Assembly (NCBI GenBank): GCA_051294375.1
Contig: CM119263.1
Location: 5,516,823-5,580,822, forward strand
Direction: 5' to 3'
DNA length: 64,000 nucleotides
Source: Paraspadella gotoi
Lineage: Eukaryota; Animalia; Chaetognatha
Within the stretch, counting starts at the first letter, position 1. Every line of letters starts with the position of its first letter. A program made the position numbers and the translations under genes. Below, piece after piece: positions 1 through 10,543 of the stretch. The notes beneath the pieces were generated by a model, which ran no database searches, was not told the origin of the DNA, and was given only the letters and a program-made list of their open reading frames with translations.

Positions 1-139
1 TTTTCAAGTAAAATCCTTTCTTTTTAAATTAAAAAAGGATTTTCGAAATTCCCGAACACCCCTGTTCAATGACCGGTCTTATCCGACCACCTCTTCTCCG
101 ACCTCCCTCTGTCCGACCACCCTTTGGTCCGTAACACAG

Positions 140-1168
140 GAAACTCTGGGATCCGTACGTGAAGGATGCGTACAAAACAAGTCAGGACAAGAAAAGCGTC
201 GTTTATTGGAACGTGAATTATCCCTTTCCGTTGTTGAACAGAGATTATGTCTACGCGACTCAAGAAAAGATCATTTGTCTTAATGGAAGACAATTTTGGG
301 TGACTTTGGCCGAAGCTGCCGAGGTGAGCATTTCGGATTGGTGACTGTGACGGGTGATTGATTGGTGAACGATTGGAAATATCGAATGGCCCTTTTCGAT
401 GATCGACAAAAAAAAATTAATTGAAGAAAACAGCATTTTTACTTTTTTAGTTTTCGTTGTTTGATAAATTGATATATTATTCGATTGTTTAATTGTTTAA
501 TATTTATAATAGCGATCTACTTGTTATCACCAAAACATCTTTGCACTCCACATTCCACAATCCGCATACTGCGCAAACGAATGCTGGTTACGATTCTTTC
601 AACATTTAATCCATTTTTTTTCTTAACCTCCTTTCTTCCCTCGCTCTTTCCTGCTTCCTCCTCTTACTGTTTCCCCCCTGCAATCCCCGTTTTCATACCC
701 CACTGTCCTCTCCCCTGTCTCCCCCTCTTTCCCTCTTCCACTCTTCACTCTCTCCCCAAGGTTCCCGGCCTCCCGGAGATAAAAGGCACAGTTCGTGTCA
801 CAGAATTTTACGAGAATCTCGTTTTCGCTTCTTCCCGCCAAAAATCGATCGGCGCTTCGGTCGCCGAGGCGGAGAAAAAAGAGCATCGAGAGACCGACCG
901 ACCGACCGAGGAAGACCGACCGACCGACGACGCCCCCAGGACGGAGTTGTTCGCCCACATCAGCGACAACCCCCGGGGACAAATCCCAACGTGGATGTCG
1001 GAAAATTGGGCCAAACAAAAGTGCATCCCGGATTTCTACAGAGCGTTCATGGACGCGTGCGAGATGTACGAAGAGTATTTGGCGTTGCAGACGATGGAGG
1101 AGGAAGAGGACGAGGAGGAAGGGAAGGAGGAAGGGAGGAAGGAGGAAGAGAAAGGTGAGATAGGGTGA
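140..1168 (+). CDS. PCTP/STARD2-like START-domain lipid transfer protein, 3' exons (140-323; 761-1154 if spliced onward, or to the stop at 1168)
   Basis: Exon after cag|: KLWDPYVK...VVYWNVNYPFPLLNRDYVY, ending in a GTGAG donor at 324. Exon after ccccaag|: PGLPEIKGTVRV...DNPRGQIPTW...WA...IPDF. These match PCTP-family START motifs (YPFPxxNRDYVY, DPGGxIPxW). The junction is phase 0. 5' exons lie outside the window. Confidence 0.85.
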
Positions 1169-1426
1169 AGGGAAGAAATGAATGATTTAATTTGATTTGA
1201 CGTAAAAAGAATTTTGCTTTTGATAAATGATGAATTGATTATTCCCCTTTTTTCTTCTCTATTTTTTCTTTTTCTCTTCTCCACCTTCCCATCTCACCCT
1301 TCTCACTCCGCTCCTTTCTCCCCTTTCCCCTCTCTCCAACTCATCCCACTTCCTCCCTTCCACCCTCTCCATTCTCTCTACCCCCTTCCCCCGTCTTCTC
1401 CCCCCTTTCTCCCCCCATCTCAACAG

Positions 1427-3333
1427 ATGTAGAGAAACGTCTTTCCAAATGCAAAATTTTCGTCTCTTCCAATAACAACAACAACGACAACGACAACAAC
1501 GACGCCGCCACAAAAAACAGCGCCATCGAGTGGGCGTTGGGCATATCCGGTTCGACGCCGCGAAAGACTGACGTCGGCGACGACGCCGACGCCGTCGACG
1601 ACGCCGCCCAGCGTCAAATCGGCGCCATGCTCGGATCGGCGCGCTGCCTCTTTCCTTCCTTTGGCGCCGGTTCCGCTTCGGCTTCGTCACGCCATTACGT
1701 TCGCGCGCAAATTCCCACGAGTCAACGCCTCTTGTACTCTACCCCGATGATATCGGGCGCGGCTGGCCCCCCCCTCTGCTCATCGGTCCACGAGCACGCC
1801 GCTTGTCCGCAATGCACGGGCGCCGACGTGGAAAGATCGCGCCACGCCAGCGGCGGCGGGAGTGACAACGGCGGCGGCAGCGGCAGCGGCGGTGATCTTC
1901 CGCCGCTTCCTTGGCGTCGTCCCGTGACGGCAGCGGCGTCGCCTCCTCGTTACGACGACCTCTACAAAGCGAAAAGAACAACAACAACAACAACCGATCA
2001 CCGCGGCGTCGTTCAATCGACGCCGCCTCAAAGGCATCGAAATCGGCGCCTTCGCAACGCCGACGCCGGCCTTTATCTCCGTAGCGCCGCCCCGGGTCAC
2101 GTGACTTTCGCCGAGGCGGACAACGTCGCCGCCGACTCCGGAAGAGAGACGCCGAGGACGCCGTCGACCCGAGCGCCTCAATCACCGCGAGTTCAAAAGC
2201 CTCTTCAATCACTTCGCGTCGAATCACCTCGACTTTTATCACCTCGACTCCAATCACCAGAACCATCGCGGTCTCTCACGTCGTCGCCCGTAATTCCTCG
2301 CGGAGTCAACGCATCCTCAATGACGGCGTCTATGACGGCATCTGTCCCGGCAACTGTGTCAGCATCTGTCGCGGCACCTGTCTCTGCGTCACCGGAAACG
2401 TGGCGTCGATCTTCTTTGACGTCGTTGGATTCAGCGTCTAAAATTCCTCGTCCAACTTCGACGTCGAAGATGAACGGAAATCAATCCAATCAATTCGGAA
2501 GTCGTAACAATCAAAATGTCAATCATAACGCCAATCAAACCAACCACAACGTTCAATACAATCAATTATGTCACAATTACATCGATTCTGATCGAAATGA
2601 AAATTATGAAAGAAACAATCAAAACGACAACCACAACAGCAGATCTAATCACAACATCAGCCGATCCCCGCACAATGACATCAATCACAACAACAACAGA
2701 TCCCATCACAACAGAAGATACAACAAATACGGCGATATCACCGATTCGAGTCACTACAGCATCCAGGGTCGCCCCAGCTTCTCCATCAACTCCAGCCAAT
2801 CGAGTCTCGGTTCTCTCAATTCCCTTCTCTCTTCGCCTCTCAGCAGCGTCAACAGTGTCTATGCCCACAATGCCCACAACGGGGACAACGCCCACAACGC
2901 CCACAATGCCCACAACGCCGACCAACAACTGGGTCAGAATGACCCCCGCCCCCTAAACGGTCTTCACCCCAGTCACGTGCCCCAAACTGACCAGTTATAC
3001 AACCTCGGATCCCGATCATCTTCCGTCAATCGATACGAATCGACTTCGGTCCAATCGAGTCCAGCGCGTCGACCCATCTCCGCCTCAAAATCCCATCCGG
3101 CCCACGGGGCTGTTCTTGGCCCTAACGGCGGCCCTGCCGGGCACGCTCGGCCCAGCCACTCTCATCGTCACGGCCAATGCCTCAAGATGGGGCTGGCCTT
3201 CGAGCGCGGCCTCGACGGGCGTCGCAGCCTTCGCGGCGTCCCCGGCGCGCCCGGGACGGCACGCGGCCCCGTGCCGCTTTGTTGCCCGACACCGCATGAC
3301 AGATTCGAGCGTTGCAAGGGGTGGAAGAGTTGA
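1427..3333 (+). CDS. Long low-complexity exon (Ser/Pro/Arg and Asn/His rich), probable terminal exon of the START gene
   Basis: The frame is open from the acceptor caacag|at (1427) to TGA at 3333. It is phase-compatible with the donor aaag|GTGAGA at 1154/1155. No recognisable domain. Confidence 0.6.
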
Positions 3334-4088
3334 AGTTTAATAATCTCTTGATCGGGTAAAAGTCAAAATGAGAAACAAGAAAGAACTGTGACCTAAATAT
3401 TAAAAGAACAAATACTGTTTATGGTTTTCCTTTTTTCGTGACGAAAAACATTCAAATAAAGAAATAAAAAAGTCTACAAGTATCGAATGATGTGTAAATT
3501 GTGTCATATTATTTTACGAATTATATTTAGAAAGAGAGAAAAAAGATAATTAAAATAGTAAAAAAAGACGATTTCCTGATAGTCTGAGGTAACCAAAATC
3601 AAAACAGATTATACAAAGAGCTAGAAAACTGTTTTAATAGTTGGCTCCTGTATAAAATAAAGTTGTAATGGGTAAGAATGAGCAATAAAAAGTATTTAAT
3701 CAAAGTTCGAACGATAACACTTGTTCTTCAATGAATAAACATTATTTTAGGTATATAATGACCAAAGCAAGGGATTAGCTTGAAAAGTTTGGGGTATGTT
3801 TTTTTTTGTCTTCATATTTTAAATGTGTAAAATTAAACAGCAACGGAAGAAGTGCAATGCCTGCAATGGGCCTTGAGTCTCAAGGCGAATCAGGCGGTTG
3901 AACAGGCTGCAGCAACTTTAACAGCTCATCCGTCGTCCAACCGCTATGCTGTGATCCGTTTGGGTAAACCGGAACCTAGTGAAACGAGACAAGTTTCTTT
4001 TCTTTTCTTTTCTTTTCCTATTCTTTTCTTTTCCTATTCTTTTCTTTTCTTTTCTTTTCTTTTCTTTTCTTTTCTTTCCCTCCACACA

Positions 4089-4863
4089 TCAACCCACCTC
4101 TAACGACACCCTTCGATTCCGCGTACACTCCGCCTCGTGTCTTGTCCGGTCATACCCGTCCCTCTGTACGTACACTTCCGCCTCGACGGACGGACACTCG
4201 CACGTGAGTCCGTCTCTTGTGACGCCACCGGGTGACGCCTCCATGACGGGCATGTCGGGCCAGGGGGTGTAGCAATTTCGGCCTGCGGGGAAATGTATGA
4301 TAGAATGAATGAATGAATGAATGAATGAATGAATGAATGAATACAAGTATGTGGTTGTCGGCTTTTATAGCCGAAAGTCGGCCCATGTGTCCTCAGCGCA
4401 AGGTCAGTGGCTAAAAAGCGACCGTTTATCACGGTGGCCAGAGACATGACCCACGTGACCTAAAACGTCCTCCATACAATGAATGAATTGAAAAATAATG
4501 AAATGAATAAATGAATGAAGAGATAAAGGAATGAATGGATAAATACATGAATGAAAGAATGAATAAGAGGAATAAATGAATGAATTTCAATTAGACCCAT
4601 GGATATTTTATATGAGGATACTGGTTAGAATTGCTTAAATTTAACACGAGTGAGATTTAGTAGATAAAGCGATCACAGAGAGAGGTAAGCCCTACCAATG
4701 AACTTACCTTCTATGCAGGTGGGGCAGCACTGACCCTCCAATATGACGGGGTTGACGCAAGGAGGCACATTGCACGTGATCCACTTGTAACGTCTCGTGC
4801 AACCGCGTCGTGGATCACATCTGCACTCGATGCAAGGGTCGGCATTGTCGGGCCAAGGGCAGC
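4089..4863 (-). CDS. Small VWC-domain protein, brorin/VWC2-like (exons 4863-4708 and 4282-4089; first exon uncertain)
   Basis: DPCIECRC...CNVPPCVNPVILEGQCCPTC is spliced (G|GT...CAG|GC) to GRNCY...TCECP. This resembles the CCPxC-xGxNC pattern of VWC2/brorin-type proteins. A possible signal-peptide-like exon (KLYFLIFCIGSVVAR) lies near 5090-5135. Confidence 0.75.
4302..4590. repeat. (ATGA)n tracts flanking a ~140-bp SINE-like insert in the VWC intron
   Basis: (ATGA)n runs at about 4302-4342 and 4479-4585 bracket a more GC-rich segment that contains the hairpin tcggct-tttat-agccga. Confidence 0.4.
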
Positions 4864-5347
4864 CTGCAAGGAGCAATCGATCGATCCCAATCTTTTAACC
4901 AATCAATTAATTAACCAATCATCTATTTAACGCATCGATTAATCAATAAATCAAAAAAATGAACGAAATAAAGGATTTTTTCTGTACACATGATTTTCCC
5001 TTGAATTCACATAAAATCTCAATTGTTTGCTTTTTAGCTTCAACATTAAATCGTATAAACCTGCTGTAATTGTAAATCTTAACAATACGTCGTGCTACCA
5101 CTGAGCCGATACAGAAAATTAAAAAATACAGTTTCTATGGTTGATTCATGCTTATATTAAATCAAAGGGATTCATCTTTTTCATATCTTCAAAATCGTTT
5201 CAATCCAGACTGTAAAGTGTTCTTCTTTTTCTCTCCTCCATTCCTCTTCTTTCTATTCAGAGGTCATTATCTCTATCCTTTGTCCTTTGTCTTTATTTGT
5301 CCACTATGCCTTCCATTCTTTGTCCTCCAAGCTCTCTTCAGAAGTCC

Positions 5348-6016
5348 TCACGTCTCTCTCCCCGCCTCAGAGTCTTTCCTCGCGTATTCGTCCAATTTTC
5401 CCGCCCAATCAAATCGTCCGTCGTTTATGTAGCCTTTCCTCGCCTTCAAGGAACGGGGTGGACCCGTGGTGGACCCGGGGTGGACCCGGGGTGGTGTGGG
5501 AAGTGAGGGTGGAAAAGAAGAGGTGGTAAATGTGGGCTCTCTTTTTTGCTACCTCGTCGGCAATGGAACGGTTACAAAGCCTGGAACCAGGCTTAGGGGT
5601 TTTCCACGCCCCAAAGCCAAAGGGAGTTTACCACCTTTCCGATGGGTGGGCACTGGAATCGATTGAGGTATCTAACAATCAAGAGCTGATGACTTTACTC
5701 AGTGAGTCCTAGTATAAGCGGGATAAACTCTGCAATATCCGTTATGGGTCAGATTTAGAGATAGAAATGAAAAAGTTAGGGTAGACTAAATCGTCAAGAG
5801 AAAAGCATTGAACATAAATAAAGAAAAGACTACTGTCCTCTTGCATTGCATAGAAATTAATTAATTTCCCTCAAGTTTTTGGATAATTTTTCAGTATTTT
5901 TATCTCTTATCAAATTTTTACCATCAAATCTTCGAACATTTTCTTCAACGCAATATAATTCGGTTTCTCGTCAAACTTTAACTTCTTTACTGCCTAAAAA
6001 TTTAATTTGGTAAGAG

Positions 6017-6069
<53 letters not shown>

Positions 6070-7946
6070 TCGTGGCAACGACCTTGATATAATTGGCGAA
6101 TTCATCCGGTAAACCTTTGCACAACATTTCAGGTGGAGTTTTCTTCTTTATTTGTCCCACCTTTCGACAAAAATAAAAAGTGAATTCAAAAGCGGGGCGC
6201 GAACCTCAGACCTTCGTTCTTCAAAACAAAATCATCTTCATTCACCTTAGAAAATCTCTCGTCTTCAGTCTTGACTTTCAATCCGCTCCACGGAAGTTTT
6301 CCCCTCAAGAAGTAAGCGAAGAGATAACCTTTTAATTTTATTTTATTTTAACGAAATGAAAGACACGGAAAGCCTAAAGACACGGAAGACATGCAAAGTA
6401 TGGAGACCTAGTGATTCCATGTCGTCTCGTCTCGTCTGTTCGATGGCGCAATGAGAATTGACGCTGAGATATCGCAAAGTCCCAGAAGGATAAACTCCTT
6501 CTCGATAGGGAATGTGCTTTTTCGTTCTGTTATCAATAGCATTAGAGACATCAACAAATATTTACTTGACGATTGGAACAGGCTCTGATAATTAAAGTAA
6601 TGTTTATTTGAATTTGAAAGAAACCGTGGCTTATGAATCCATAATGGAAATGATTTCGCTCTCAAAGATAAAACAATCCAATAGTGAGCGATTGGGCAAA
6701 GGTATTCGCGTGAGAGCCGAAGGAATTTCTCCAACCTGCTGTCGATGTAGGACTTTGCAAGCCCGTAGTCGACCAGATGGATAATGTTCTCGCTTGATGT
6801 CCCTTCGTTGCCGATGAGAAAATTCTCGGGTTTAATGTCGACGTAGACGAGATTTTTGGAGTGAAAATATTCTATTCTTGATAGCATCTTTGGGGCATGG
6901 GGGGGGGGAAATAGGGGGGAAATAAGTCAGAATCTTCTGTCGTGCGAATAGAATCATCTTCGGCGCAAGCAGAATTTCTTGGTCTACGTGGTCTAAATAG
7001 CAATTACAACATCTGCAGAAAGAAACAGATGCCGTGCGGACCGACGCATCTTCACCTGCAGCGCGATCATCAGCACCGTCTTCAGTGAAAACTGTCGATT
7101 GCAGATTGTCTCGAAAATCATCTCCATGTCGACGCAGAGAAGATCAATCACGAGTCCGTTGTACAAATTCTTTCCTTTTGTCAAAATGTAACGGAACGGT
7201 CAAGCAATAGTGAATGAACAAGAGAACCACAATGACAGAGGACAAAAACGACCGACGACAACAATGACAAAGGCCGATATCGAAAAAAAAACTCCATCAG
7301 AGACCGAGATCGACGGGTCCAAAGTAGAAGGCTCGTGGAAATCCGGGCACGCCCTCTTCCGAGTTGCAGCCCAATGTCTGATAGATGCTCCACTCCGACA
7401 TCAACTGAGGATCTCGTGTGTTTCGTTTCTCCAATTTCACAGCGACGTATTCGTTGGTCACTAAATTCTTTCCCAGTCGTAGTTCGCCGTAGGACCCGCT
7501 GAGGAATTGGCAAACGTCGATAGATTTTAATCTCATTTGCATATTGCAGTAAGATGGATTACGTTACGTTATCGGTAATAATGAAATAAAAGTTGTTATA
7601 AAAACGCTTTATTATAAATTTTATTTTGCGCATTTTTGATTGAAAAACTTTTCAGATTTGACTAAAAAGAGGCTTTATTCACCTTCCTATTTTTGATTTG
7701 ACTAAAAATTTTGATTTTGTTAATACTGTTTTTGGTATTAATAAAAAAAAAGAGGCAAAAAGAGGTAATAATTTACAGATACAATTCCAGTCTTTCTACT
7801 TTTTTATTGATACCGTTGCTGTTGCTTTTTTTCTATTTAAAAATTAAAAAAGGCTTTGCTCACCTTCCTATTGTTCTTCCGACTCTAAACTTGGGCCCAG
7901 AGAGTGGACCGAACACGACGCACACGGCTGGCCTCTCTTCCGACAT
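5348..7946 (-). CDS. Divergent casein kinase 1 (gamma-like), 9 exons: 7946-7864, 7498-7305, 7174-7056, 6887-6736, 6526-6408, 6328-6246, 6160-6083, 5993-5922, 5443-5348
   Basis: The spliced frame reads [128 protein letters not shown]. These are CK1-family motifs. All introns are GT-AG and phase-compatible. Confidence 0.9.
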
Positions 7947-8216
7947 TCTCTTTCAAGGTCAAAGTTACGTTATTCGACGTCGAAAGTTTGTCGATGAATG
8001 AGCATTTTAAAATTTTTTTAAACTTAACTAAATCTACCTCCGTTTTTTCTTTATACATTTAAATAATAAAAAAAAATTTTAAATTAAGAAAAAATAATTT
8101 TACTTAATCGAATCGACGTCAAATATACGAAACCTCTTTCTCGAAAGAGAACAAAGATTTTTTACAAGTAAGAAAAAAAAATATAAAAAAATAAAAATTG
8201 TACTAAGGAGTCTTTA

Positions 8217-9318
8217 TTAAATTCCCGCTGCGATAAATTGGACCCAGACTAAAGGGAGGGCATGGCATGGCATGGCGCCCCGAGCAGAGGTCTTTGCCTC
8301 CCGTAAGCGTTTCGCTCCCAAAGTTTTCCTTCTGCTTTTGTTTTTTTCGTCGCTAAAATGTTTTTTTATTTGAATCTCGAATCTTGAGTTTCGACTTTTT
8401 ATGTTATTTCGTTGCGAGAATTCGATTTAGTTTTGAGAATAAGAGATTCTAAGAAGAGGAGGGGTTGAATTGGGGGGGGGGAGAAAAATCGGAAAGGGCA
8501 CTAAATCTCTTATTAAATCACTTATCATAATCCTAATTATAGTGTATCTAGCCTGAATTGATAAAAAAATAGCCTCGTCATGGAAAGCGACCTATGACAG
8601 ATTATAAATTGCCACGCCCATTTCCGGTTATTCCCCGAGCGGAATTGGATCTATATTTGCAAGCCCAAGCCAGTTCCGATCCGAATTGCAAAAGCCAAGA
8701 CCTATCTACTCAGAATTGGCTCATATTTCTTTCCTGACCCCAACCTCCTGACCCGAATTTGCCCAAGGCTCTTTCGTCGTCGGTCGAGTCACGTGATATT
8801 CCGGATGATACGCGACCGGAAGTCTACGTCGCTCGTCGAATATGACGTATGAGGCGTGACCCGCGGCGTCGCGCGGCATGACGATGGGCGGCCGCGTAGC
8901 GTGCTCCACGTTGTCACGAGGATCCGTCCCGTCGGGAGGCGTCTCCATTCGGTCAACGAACGACCATCCTCGTCTGTCCGGTCGACTTTGCTCCAGAACT
9001 GAAAAGAAGGTTGGTATGAAATTAGTAAAACAAATAAACATTTAAATAAGCTATATTGACACTGTACTATGGTTAAGGCCTTGATCCTTCCTTCAAGAAA
9101 ATAACATATCACGATTCTCTCACAGTTTAGTTTATTAAATTCCAGTGCATCTGGATTCATAATCAAGGATGTCGTATTTTAATTATTCTTTTAGCGAAAA
9201 CAAAGTTTAGAGTTTGTACTACAACGATTTTTTATTTGACATAAACAGACATGTTTCGGCTCTTGTTCAAGCCTTCATCAGTGTTTGACAGACTATCAAA
9301 AACTTTTGCAAAAGTAAA

Positions 9319-9356
<38 letters not shown>

Positions 9357-10543
9357 TTAAAGTTTCCAACAAAGTGGTGAGACAGAATAGTGGTCAGAGG
9401 TGAGGACAATGACTCCCTACCTCCACTCAACGAGGCAGGCGGAGACCCTTGCGCAGGCAATGGACAGGCGATGCCTCTCCTTCAAATGCAGCAACTCAGT
9501 CCCTCTCTCTGTGGACCGAGCGTCGCCCAAAACGACGGCTGCAGGAGGAAGGAGAGGAGTCCACCACTCCTGCCGCGAAAGCAGCAAGAACGGACACCCA
9601 CCTATCTCACCAGCAGGTGAGAAGAGGGCAGTCAGCAAGCGTAACAGGCCAGAGAGACATAAGAGTAGCACTAGGAATGTTCCCACAAGGAACAATCCCC
9701 AGCCCGGCATTTACCAGCTCAGTAACACTCTCCTCTCAACCACTGACGCGCTAATGACCTGACCACATCGTCCATGTCTCTCCTTTGCTCCACCAAGGGG
9801 GGCCAGCTCATTTTGAGCTCTATCTTATCTTTTTACATTTCATCCTTTCTTCTCTTTAACTTAACTATCCCTAACAAATGTAATTTTTCTCATTTCATAT
9901 TTCAAATTCTACTTTTAATTTAATTTATTATTTAGCTAATTGTTATTTCCACTTTAAAAACTTATATCTTTGTTGTACATTGCACAAATGTATCATATTA
10001 CCTCTCTCTCTCTCACTCTCTCTGTTTGACCATTTCACTTTCTCTTCAAAAACTCACTCAATCTGTCCTTGCCTTCACCTGTCCTCACCTCTGACCACTA
10101 TTCTGTCTCACCACTTTGTTGGAAACTTTAACTCTGTCTCTCTCTCTCTCTCTCTCTTCCTTCTTCTCACACATTTACTTTTGCAAAAGTTTTTGATAGT
10201 CTGTCAAACACTGATGAAGGCTTGAACAAGAGCCGAAACATGTCTGTTTATGTCAAATAAAAAATCGTTGTAGTACAAACTCTAAACTTTGTTTTCGCTA
10301 AACACCAAAACACAACGAAACGAAAGGAATACCACATTATGGCTACTAATTATTCTTTTATATTTATATTTATATATATTTATATAGTTATAAACTGCAT
10401 TTGAATTTGGCATTAGAATTTGGTTCGTAGTTGTGACCACTGATATTTTCTATTGTTACACCTCTCTGCCAGATCATTTGTTTTCTCACCTCGATATCTC
10501 GTCGCGCTTTCTCCGTTTTCCGGTAGAGGACGCGGCGGAAATC
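8217..10543 (-). CDS. Putative orphan gene, candidate exons 10543-10490, 8998-8745, 8650-8592, 8331-8217
   Basis: GC-rich islands in AT-rich DNA with GT-AG boundaries that join in phase (FPPRPLPENGESATRYR-VLEQSRPDRRGWSFVDRME...PWANSGQE-IQFRSG...). No homology recognised and no start exon found. Confidence 0.4.
9243..9286 (-). ncRNA. Minimal type I hammerhead ribozyme (inverted copy)
   Basis: Exact reverse complement of the 10206-10249 motif. Confidence 0.8.
10206..10249 (+). ncRNA. Minimal type I hammerhead ribozyme (PLE-type)
   Basis: AAACA-CUGAUGA-A-GGC(UUGAACAAGA)GCC-GAA-ACAUGU-C^-UGUUU. It has the conserved cores, stem I AAACA/UGUUU, stem II GGC/GCC, a palindromic ACAUGU stem III and a GUC cleavage triplet. 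Confidence 0.85.

Larger units (their letters stand above)
9190..10346 (+). mobile_element. Truncated Penelope-like element with inverted pseudo-LTRs (arms 9190-9408 and 10080-10302) and a 14-bp TSD
   Basis: Near-identical ~220-bp inverted arms, each holding a hammerhead core. The right arm has a ~44-nt extension. The direct repeat TAATTATTCTTTTA lies at 9180-9193 and 10347-10360. Confidence 0.8.

Noticed and set aside
6190-6220. B-box-like GGTTCGCGCC on the minus strand (tRNA candidate)
   Set aside because: It lies in an 85-nt CK1 intron with no cloverleaf or A-box.
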